Source of the DNA: Ascidiella aspersa
Lineage: Eukaryota
Length of the DNA: 64,000 nucleotides
Direction: 5' to 3'
Assembly: GCA_963924565.1 (NCBI GenBank)
Contig: OZ004613.1
Span: 10,416,001 to 10,480,000 of the forward strand
Under the pieces are notes generated by a model. The model did not search any database and was not told the origin of the DNA. It saw only the letters and a program-made list of their open reading frames with translations. Positions 13,901 to 25,900 of this stretch are shown piece after piece (the first letter of the stretch is position 1; the number at the start of each line of letters is the position of its first letter). The position numbers and the translations under genes were made by a program.

Positions 13901-16900
13901 TCATTCGAAGAATGTTTCTGACGATTCTCTTTGCTTAAATACAGCAGTATTCTGCTCTTGTTGAATAAAGTTGTTTGGATCTTTTTTACAACCTTTGTGA
14001 TTTTGCTTGGATCTTACGATATGGAAAAAAGATCAACAACTATAGAAATGTCGGAGCAACCTTAGACCACGATATTAACAAAAAAATAACAATAATATTA
14101 TTATTTTATCAACTTTAGCAAGGACTACGACTTGGGTTTGGCTTGTTATTTGATGAAAGTGACACAACTTGAATGAGATTAATTTTAGAATAAGTTGTTT
14201 ACAACACTGCAATGATCATTCCGTTTTGTTAACGTGTACCACAATAGACAGCATATCGGCGACCAATTCGAATATAAGACTATTTTAAGTATAACAACAA
14301 ACCTTAAATATTATTGTTCTGTATAGGTTACCTACAAAATCTACTTTCTTTTGAAAATCGGATTGTATATTTATTTCAGACGGTCAACAATCTGACATTC
14401 AAAGTCGACTGGGGAAAAAACTACGCTGGACACATAATGCCTTATTACAGGTGAAGCCAAACTTTGTTATATGCAGCGCATTCTAACGAATACTAAAAAT
14501 CAGAATACAGTTTATCGTGATACATTTTTCATTGTGTTGCCAAGAGTCCGAAGGCTTGAAAATATATTTATGTTTGAAAGTAACGCATTAGTAATTTTAA
14601 CCCTTAAAGTGTAATGTGTTGTGATATTATTTTCTTGGTTGACATATAGGCGACGATTTTCACGTAAGTATAATTATACGCCAAAGAGCCATTTGCCATT
14701 TGGGGCTAATTGCCTCAAGGCTTAGTCGTGACATGAGATAGAGTTAATTGCTGGTTTCTGATTGTGATACCGGTAAAATACCATATCGAAGCTCGGTTAC
14801 AGCCGCTGCCTATGAATTATTTCCACTTAAATTGGATTATTTACTTATTTAATACGCATTGCTGGAAAGTAAATGAAGTCTTGAAAAAATCGGATAAAGG
14901 TAGCTTTTTATATAAATTATATTTTTTATCTCAACTACTTGATTATAGCCAAAAGTAAATCTACCATTTCAACGTTTGCAGGCAATGGTTCCAAATAGGA
15001 CTCAACAATCAATTAAATATGAACAAGGCTGTGTCCGGTTGTCCAGAACTGCTTATTAGCAGTGGCGTCTACAACCATTTAGAAGCCACTCAGATATGCT
15101 GCGGTATGTATCATCACTATGGCATCTTGGAAATTGCATCACATTTCCCACTTGCAGTATTATATTTATTCATTGAGACCCGTAAGCTTGCATGGTATAC
15201 CACAATTAAAAACTTTCAAAATAAATTGCAAAGCCAAAAGGGTTGAGTAGATGTCAGTACATTAACTGAAGATGATACAAGTTTGAATAAAACTTCCTAA
15301 TTAGGATGTCGACTCGATCATTTTGGCTCTGCCATTCATTATCAAAAAATAAAATAAAATAAAAATAAAATGTAACTATTGTGTGTGTGAATTTAATATA
15401 ACGTGATATGCAGAAAATGTTATTTTTGGATATATAATTTGATCCTAATTGATTGTGAACTAAATACTTTTGTTGAATGCAGTTTTCAGTGTATACTTAC
15501 TTCAAATTTTAGTTTACGTGAACTCGGTACTTTAATTTTAACCTAATTTGTGAAACCCCTTAAAAACTAGAATTGTCCAGCTGGGACAACAATCCTGTAT
15601 ATATTTTCGATAAACTAGCAGCTAAGCATACATAGCAAGTTAACACTGTAGAGACTACAGTGCACAAATGTAGACTATAGGAGATTTTCGAAACCTAAGG
15701 CCCGCGAAAGGGCTCTTCTCATAATGTAGAACTACTTTTTAAACTTATTGCTTGCTCGAAAGCAATATAAAAAGGGAATTTTGCCGCAGACCACGGCAAA
15801 TCGCACACAACAATTCGGAACGTCACCATCGGTGAGATGGTGCCCGACTTCGATCGAGACGTTGCCAATCTGACGATCACCTGGCTTCCTCCAGTCGACC
15901 ACACCGAGAACACCGAATTCTTCATTTTTATCTTCGCAGGGCCGCACCTGGCCAAGGTTTACGTAAGTGTCCGAACTATTTTTAAACGTTGTCCCATAGA
16001 AGGAGATGATACATTTTGCACTGGACACCATCGCAGACTAATCCAAATATCTGTCGATTAATGAAGGAAGAAGGGCATACTAAAAAATAACTATAGTCTG
16101 CAGTGAGGTTCGAACCCACGACCTCCGATAATACCGAGACCGTCGCTCTCCCAACTGAGCTACAAAGGCTAAGAGGGGAAGACGCTAATGTTTGTTATCT
16201 TCTGTTAGATTCTAAGAACAAGCAACTTCGCATTGAAGGGTATCTACAGTATTATATCTGATACTTTTAATTACGAAAAACTCTGTCCGCAGATAAAATA
16301 CCATGAATGTTAAGGGTCGCTGGGCACTAATACAAAAATAACCTTCGAGAAATATGAATGTACCTTTCGAGAAATAAGAATTATATATTAAACAAATGAA
16401 ATCGTCCATGAAAGCGTTACATATACGCTAAGTGACTGGGTTTCCGGTAAAACACGGTTGAGCCCTGCGGTTTAAGCACTTCTAATGCCAGTATGCCACA
16501 CAAAATATGCACTTGTCAGAGTTCCCCGAATTCCCGCTGTCGGCAGTAAAACAAATGGTTATTTTTATGTAGGCCGCCGCTCTGTTTGTTGTCACTTTGG
16601 TCCGAGTTTGTTGGATTTCACAACCGACCAGCTTTCCAATTTTTTTAGTGTTTGACTATAGGGAAATACCTTACACAAAATTTTATAAGCCTTTCGGAAC
16701 CAAGTATTTTTTTAGCTAAAAAGGTTTTTTAGTCCTTTTGCGCGAACAATCCGCACATTGTTGGTTGGATCGGCCCAAGTATTTTCTACACCTATCTGAG
16801 TGCGTAAATGTAATTAAAATCTTAACCGGTACCGACTCCAGAATGGTGAGCACCAGACTAAATCGATGTGCGTCATATGTTTTTAGTGAGCAGGTAAACA

Positions 16901-19900
16901 AAATTTCCCGCTACAATAATTAGAACGACCAGAATAAGGATTCTTTACTTGGTTTATCCAGCTTTCGAGGCTTTTTCTTGTTTATAGTTTTTAATGTTAT
17001 TCGAATCAAAAAAAATTAATGCGTGAAGTTATTAACGTCAAATGACATTTATAGTAGGTACCGTGTGCTTAGCGACCGCTATGTAACATATTTGCAAGGA
17101 AACCACATTAAATCCTATAGATGATTTAGCGGAACATTGTTACGTCTAGCGGATTTTCTTAACACTATTTGTTAAATGAGCGCCCACGCATATAATCTGT
17201 TTATGCAAATATTAAAAATCGCATAATCTTATTTAGAAATCCGTTGCAAAACAAGCAAATACTGTCCCCTGTCAGGAGTGGCCAATTAAATCTTAAAGGT
17301 TTGGGTAAAGTTAACGGCATACTTTTGTCCGTAACATAACATTTTTATCCAACAGAATACCTGCTCGATTATCTTGTATACTAATTCTTTCACGGCCACA
17401 ACAACGTTAACTCTCTATAACATTAGATAAATGTGAGTTGTTAGGCAAGATGCGATATAACTATATACTTAAGCATATAAATATCCACCTGAGTCCCTCC
17501 TCAAGTCCACAACATTAGCGAACCCCCAAAGCAGACTAACTTTCACTGGTTTGCTACAGGATCAACGCTGGGTGCCGTACGACGGGCCTGCATCTCGTCT
17601 GGCCAGTTGCGATAACGTTACGCGGAAGTACCAGATCAAGGTCTTTGACGTTCCACGCAATTCGAAAGAGGACCACCTCCGGTTGTCTGTTCACACCATT
17701 TATCAGGACGAGGTATTTAGATCCTTGTGCGATCGTCAGACGTGCGAATTCACCACCTATTTGACGATGCAAGGTACGGAGAGACTTCGAGCTGTTTTCA
17801 ACTGCGTTTTTACCTTTCCTGTTGCTCGCAGTGTTTAATTAAGGGTAACTCTTTGGAAGAGGCTTGTAAAGGACTTGCCTTAAGCTCCATTCACGCGCAT
17901 TACTTGGCGTAGCAAGAAGGTTATCTGCTTTAAATGTTAGACTTTAACTATTTCTTTGTTGTAAATGCAATTATGAAATCTCTTTATTTTTTAAATTTAA
18001 AGGGTACTAAGTTATTAATAAAAACAAGGGGTTGCTGTAACACTGTTGGTATGCACAAACGCCTTTTATATAGGTCCTGTGCCCAATAGTTTATAAGTTA
18101 TGATCTTTACAGTGGATAGTTTAATCTTTAATAAAATAATAATTATTATAATTGATCCTTTACAACGTTGTAGTGGACTATATATACGCAACGTCTTTTT
18201 TCCTGTATGTTGTGAACAATCTGATATCATCAAAACGAAATTGCCGTTTTCCCAGCATTGGTTTACGGACTTATATATAGTAATATTCTTGACCCTTCAC
18301 AGCCTTAAACCCATGCGACAGCCGCTACGGAGCATGTGACGTGAACGCAAATTGCACAGCAGACGATGCGACGGGGTCAACGACCTTGAATGTCACCTGT
18401 AGCTGTTCCACTGGTTACGAAGGCAACGGAATTAATGGATCGCAAAGTAAGCTGTTTTTGTTTCAGCTACTGACATTTTTTAGGTATGATAGGCTACATT
18501 AGTGAACAGTTGAATTCGAATTATGAAAAAAAGGTTTAACTGAACGCATTTTGTAGGGTAATAACCATATTTTGAATATTAAGTGTTCCTTTACGGCGAT
18601 CATTTCACAACGAGATTTTCCCAATTTTTGCTGAAATAGCTATAAAAAACTACAACTATATTATAGACCACAGCTTTCTGGAACCGTAAAACAAACCAAC
18701 CAATTCCGTTTTAGAAGGTTTTTCTAACAAATACGTTAAACGTTTATGTGTGCATCCATCAACGGAATCGACCTAACAACAACATTGAAGGGGTTTATAA
18801 CCCACACCGCATAATCAAAAACAAAAATAAAAGGTTTCTGAACTTGTGTGTTTGGAAGAGGAAAGATTCGTAACGTTTAAGCAACGCTAGAACCTCTAAC
18901 AGTATTCGACATTCGTTAAATTAATTTCGTTTATGAGTTAATTTGGTGCTGCAGAAACGTCAACTTAGGAATCATTTACGTCAGAAGAGCGATTTTTCAA
19001 TGACTCTGAGTTAAAGGTAGAAATCTCCGATAAAATCTAATCAGAACCGATGCACGATTAGAACAAGTAGTATCGTTACTCATCCGTCATTAAAGTACTA
19101 TCGGTGCCGATCCGATATCAAATTAAAAGATGGTTTCCAGACATGTTTTTCCATTCAGCGCAGCGATTATTTTCTTGAAAATAAAGTATTAAAAAATAAA
19201 AACAGTTGATTAACAACTGGATGTAACTAACTTCCTAACACTTAACTTAAGCAAACCAAATAACCTTATAAAACAGCTTTTGCCGTTGGAAATTCATCTG
19301 TTTTGCCTAATTGAGCATGTTAATGACGTCATTTGGTATTTGTTTGGATCGCGAAACTTCTCGTTCATGAATGTCGGGATCGGATGAAATTAAAGTATCA
19401 GACATCCCTAGTGATGTGTTACTTGGTTGAGCAATAAAGTCTATAAAAAACTTCATTTGTTAAACAGGAGCGTTGGGAACCGGATGCGAGGACATCGATA
19501 TTTGTAAGAGTCCCCTCTCGCCCTGCGTCGACCACGGCGGCCTCTGTATGGACAACCCGCCACCGTCCATGAGCGCCAACTGTTCCTGTAGGCCCGGATA
19601 TTCCGGTGACGGGTAAAGAAGCTTTTTTAAATCGATATACGATTTACTGGCTTTGTATATCACTTGTTTGTTTTAGTGGGAGTTATAAATGGTTTGCTAC
19701 CCAAATTAGTTCACCAAAAAAAAAACTGAGAGTTTTTTTTCTGTAAATTTGGATTGGGGCCGACATAAGATTCTGACTTCTCGGCTAGGAGTTTATAGTG
19801 TTCAAAAAGACAAATTAGTTTCGGACCGCCGTGGCAGTTTATACCTTTACGTTCCACATGTTATTTTCATGCTTTTATATATGTTAAGCATCTGGCGTCT

Positions 19901-22900
19901 TGTTTTTAAACTTAATCAAAATTTAGTACTTTCCTTACTATTTCGACGCAGCGTGACAAGCGATTGTTTTTAATTGACATCCGACGATCAAATAAGTACA
20001 ACTTGACACCCTCATATGTTATACACCTTGTAACATGTTTTCTTTGTATTGCCGATAAAGAATAAAAAATAAATAAATAAACACATACAAAATGGGTCAT
20101 AAATAAACATAAAATAACACAAAGAGGCTGGAAACTGGTGGCTAAAAGAAATTAAACATTTAATAAAAAATAATATAAACTGTTAATATAAACAATACTC
20201 AACTGGTAAACCAAATGAACAATACACACACATATGTGCTAAACAATTTTGATCCATTCCTTATAAACCTGCTTTTTGACTAACGATTGCGGCACACAGC
20301 TAGTTGTTGGTCTAGCTTGTCTTGGCTTGCATCATTGTTCTACAAGTTCGGTTAGTCTGTGATGACCTTCGGTGTACTACTGGTAAACCGAAGTTTTAAA
20401 TTTTATTTCTAGGTACAAGAGTGGCCGAGGTTGTCGCAACGACACAGAGTTCAACCTTGCTATCGCCATACCGATGATAGCGCTCTTCCTAGTAATTGTG
20501 ATCGCCATAGCGTGGAAGTGGAGGGTCAGCAGACTGCACGAGACCGAGCTGAAGTGGTCGCAGTTTATCGCCAACTCCGCGCTTCAGTACACGCTCCCAC
20601 CAATGAACGGGGAAGCGGTGAGTTGGATTTATCGTCAAGTATAGCTGTCTAATACTATCGGTGGTAGTATCGGTACACGTCCGATACTAAGGTGGTATCG
20701 GTGGCGATCCAATACGAAATTGACATAGGAATTCCGATACATGATTTGCGATCCAACGCAGCAACTCTGCCATAGGTAAATTTATCAAAACATATTATCG
20801 GTTAACAATTGGAAACTAAACTTATTTAAGCTAAAGCAAATTTTGGCCTAATAACTTGAAAAATACTTTGGTACGTTGTAATTTTATCAATTTTTGTTTG
20901 AGCATAGTTATGATGTCATTTGGTATCGGATCGGTTGAGATACCTTACGTCCAAAATATCAGGTATCGGTATTGGAATAAAATGTGTTATTGGACATCTC
21001 TATCGTCAAGTTAGGACCTGTAAAATCTAGTCAAAAAGCAAAACATTTTAGGATTTTAAACAAAAATGCACCACTAAACATTTATAGCGTCTGCTGGTGG
21101 TGCATCTGTCCTGTGATCTCTTTGATTCCCTGGGCTTTTATTTGCTGAGATAATGCTTTTGCTGGTGTTGCTTGTAGCTCTTGTCAAGGCGTAAATTTGC
21201 TATTTAATTATACAAGTAAGCTTGTCGTTTGGTTAAAATGCTGTATTTATGCATGATGTGGATTGGTCTTGTGGTCGTTTTATTTCGCGTGAGAACTTGA
21301 GCATAAAAAGTGTAGCAAACATAATTAATTTTATTTGACAGATCCATGTTTTAAACTTTTACATAAAAATTATTTTATTTACCATAATTATTAAAAGTGA
21401 AAAAAAAATCTATTTGTATCATTTTTGGTCTTTTCTATGAGAAATTATGCTTGGAATGGAAAGAATTTCCTGATTTCAAAAGTTTATTACTGCTAATGAC
21501 TTCACAAAAAGTTGACTTGCAAAGGCAATACTGAGTTCGACCTGGAGTGGGACTTGACTTGTTATTTATCTAAAACGGCTTTACTTGGACTCAAGTTATT
21601 TCGAAATGACTTGTTTACAACACTAAACACACAGATAATAGCCTCAGCTATGGAGGCGACCCAGCGAAATCATATTTTTTCAAAGCAATAATTCGAGTAC
21701 GATTTGCCTTCTTTATAGGGCGACTGTCTGCCTACGTTCGGCGATAGATGGGAAGTTGAACGTGAGAGGCTGCGCCTGGGCGACGTACTGGGAAGGGGCA
21801 ACTACGGAGTGGTGTACAAGGGATGGTTGGGCGATGCCTTCATGGACAAGGACCAGTGTAGGGTCGTCGAGAGCACGGCGGAAACTCCTGTGGCAGTCAA
21901 GCTGCTGAAAGGTACGAATTCGGCCAAGCTGGGGTTATATGGGTGATAAGTGATGGAGATTTCCAACACACCTATGGTTTAAGCCGCAGCGCATTCAGTC
22001 GCCCTGCGGTAAGCGACGTTTGGTTTTCGAAAATTGTCCATGAATTTAAAACTCGTAAACTTTTTAAACTGATGAACTCATTCCATTGGATTACTATAAA
22101 CAACAGTCAGCGAGTACATATCAAACAACGCGGAAAAAGATTTTCGCAGGACATTGAAATACATACCTAAATTTAACAAGCAATGTATACAAGTCAATTA
22201 CTAATTTTAACACAGTTCATTTAAATAACCAAAGCTTAAGTTAATTGATTAGTACAAACGACTTAAGTCAAGTCAATCACTTTCTTTCAATTCGGCAGTT
22301 AAGTCACTTGAAAACCGGCAATCCGGTGCACTCAAGTTATTAAAACGCTGGTCTGACCATGTTGTCCCTGTTATTTATCACGCAAAAATGCTGTCCACAA
22401 AACAATCGAGTTTTACTCGTCTTAACAAATCCTTCTTCACGATCTCGTAGAGGGTCAGAACGAAGAAGCGTGTCTTTCCGACTTTCTGGCCGAGATTGGC
22501 TTCATGTTAAACGTGGGCTCTCACCTCAACGTGCTGGGCGTGATCGGATGCTGTACAACTGCCAAGCCTGTGCTGCTCATCACCGAGTTCCTCAAGTACG
22601 GCGACCTGCTGCACTTTTTGTGGGATGCCCGGGAGGTGAGTTTGTGCCATGTGTTTTTAGATAAGACCCGAGCTAATGGATATGGCTAGGTAACCGTCAT
22701 AAGCAAGTTTTGTATCGCTTTTCAGCAAATATTAGCAATCAATGGAGATATTAGTAGGATTATCAAAGCCCCTACGGAAGTAGGCAACATTTTAAACGTT
22801 TGAAATATCTCGTAATTCATTTTAAACATGGTGACTATGTTGAAAATGTAATAAATACAAATATTCCAAACCTTCAAAATGATACCTACTTCTGTATGGG

Positions 22901-25900
22901 CTTTGTTATTCTATGATCAAGTATACACTTAAGATTTTATGTTGGGAAAAAAATCATATATTTTTGCTTTTGTGTTAATTTCTTTGCTCAATGTTATTTA
23001 GAAAGGCAAATATGATATCTGATATACTGTCCCAAATTTTTAAAATATACTTTTAATGCGACAAAATTTGGAAAACAACCGTTCATCGCATAACAATATA
23101 CGCTATTACACGAATGTGACGTAGCGATGCTATGTGTTTGGCGAAAAGTATTAGGCTACGAATAAAAATGTTATTGTTGCACATTTCGAGGTTTAGCTCG
23201 TACTTATATATTTACACAAGAAACTTAGTAAAAACTATCGCAGATACCAGAAACATATCCAATAACACATTACACCACCTGCCGAAAGGTGTTCCGCTCG
23301 AGTGCACTGCACGTCACGGTCAATGACGCCAGGTAATCATGACGTATCTGACGCACGACACGTTTCCGAACGTGATGTTATTATCGCCTCACAGCAGTTG
23401 CTATGCGCCCACACAAACCAAATGGCCGATCACGTTGTAAATGATTTGTGTTGTCACGTCGGATGGATTGAATTTCCAAGTTTATCCAACACCAGCACAT
23501 TTAAACAAACAGTTTGGAATATTTCAAAACCACAAACCGTCTCGCACGTAGAGAGAAAAACTTTAAAGCCTACGTGTTTTTTGCGGTTTGTGTGGAGATA
23601 AAATGCGAAAATAAATGCTCCTATTTGTTGCGATTTGGGAATCAATGTCATGCTATGTGTGGCTCCCGCCTGTAAATAAGTTGTGTGTATCTTTGTCATC
23701 AGCAAAATTCAATTTAATTAAACTTTAAAGGAAAACGTTTTTTAACCAAATGTGTACTTAAGGACTTTCAGATAGATGAAATTGTCCTGAGATGTTCAGC
23801 ATTATAGCGCCTGGCTTTTCTGTACAGTTTTCAGTTTTTTAAAAGCAGGTTTCCAACTTATTGTTCGTAGATCATTATTATGTAATCACGCGAAAGTAAT
23901 AGTTGATTATCTTTTACAGGATTAAACGTTTTTTATTGGCTTTGATAAAGGTTGCTCAAACCACGAAAAACACAAATAAAAGATAAATATATATAGCTAT
24001 ACTGAATAAAACAATAAATGAAATAGAATAAATGCTGCGGGATCTACTTTCACAAAAAATAGCTAACCATTACAATTTACTTGAATTTCGTCAACTCAAT
24101 CGGTTTATTAAAATAGGTGTTTCGTTTTTATATAAACACGTTGAACTAAAACTGAGCTGCCTATATTTTGGAATTCCAGCCCAACAAATGCAACGAAGAT
24201 GCGCTCTACCACCTAACGGAAAAATCGCTTTACGAAATGGCCCAGCAGGTGGCGCAAGGGATGTCCTACTTGACCAAGGCCAGGATAATCCACGGCGATC
24301 TGGCCGCGAGGAATATACTGGTGGGCGAAAATCGCGTGTGCAAGATTTCCGACTTTGGTCTGGCCAACGATGTTTACAGGTTACCCTTTATTTTTTCTGT
24401 TTGACTGACTGTAATATTGACATGTACCTTAACTCCACAATGTATAGGCAACGTTGGTATACGACTGCTGACAGCTAATTTGTCAAAATAGTGCAAAAAC
24501 AAACTAATATTGGTGATACTTTTCATGAACGATATATTTAATGACACTCAAAATAATCATTCATTTTCTCTAAGTCTTGTGTCGTTAAAGTGCACCAAAC
24601 TTTACACAAACACAAAAACAGTTGTGCTTAAGTGATCAAAAACAATTAGACCTCACTGTTTTGACTCATTTGTAGTTTAGCACGAACTTTTGTGATGAAA
24701 TACTACACGTTTCTTGCGCCTGATTGCTCTAACTAACCAGTATTGTGGCGTGTTTTCAACTCAGATACGGCGTTATCAAAGGTCAATCTGAGAGATGCGT
24801 TCCTTTTAAGTGGATCAGCCCGGAGCGAATGATGTCCGGGAAAGTCCCCATTACCAGCAAGAGCGACGTGTAAGTCAAACGATACTTGCCGTTGTTAAGA
24901 CTTTGCAATTAAAGAACGAGAGCAAACCGAAAATTAGCCTAATCTAATACCCCTGGTAGATAATTATCGAGTGTATGATTTAAGGTTTAATTAAAATAGT
25001 TTCGTGCTTTAGACTATATCCAATGGATAATACGTAATATTTTTTGTAGTTACTTTACGGTTCTTAATTGGAGAAAATCTTCGATGTGTATTTCCAGGTT
25101 ACAACAGGGGGCTGTAATTTAACTTTTATTCTCAACTTTTACTGATCCACCATTATCTTAGCTTGTTATTTGTACGTCAAACCCTGACGTAATCGAGTTC
25201 GCCCGCGCAACGACTTGTCTCACCAAAAATCACCGAGCCATTCTAAACGTGACACAGATTTCCACCTGTAATCTTGGACAAAACGAGATATTCACAGTAC
25301 TATCACTTTAAATGGCAGCACGATAGCGCAACATTCACAGCATGCTTAATAGATTATCTCATCACGACTTACTTTTCGTTTACTTGAGCAGCAAAACGAT
25401 TTTGAAAGTCAAAAATACCTCCACGTTTACCCTTTGGATTGACACGTCTTGCAGAAACGTTTGTTCAATTTAGTTGTCATAAGTTCGTGTTTATCAATTT
25501 ACCTATAGCAACACGAATAAAATTACATGTTATGCCGAGATTTGTTTGTCAAATTATTCCTTTTTTTAACTATAGTTATTGCAAAAACTAGAATTTGCAA
25601 CTTGGAGCATTGTATTTTTTGATCTAAAGAAATAAAGACAAAAACATAAAGGCAGGTTTAAACCTAATTTTGCGCACACACCTAGCCTGTCGGAATGCAA
25701 CCTGTTATTACCCAAATCAGATCCCACCGCCACGATTTCGAAGGTCGTAATTTAAATGTAAGATGCCGTTTATTTTGAGCGACCAAAATCACGGCCCACT
25801 TTCGTTCCTGCACGCTTATATATTAAGATCTCAGCTTATATTATAATTAGATGGTTATGGCAATCCGTATACAATTTTTATTTTATGTGAACTAGTATAC

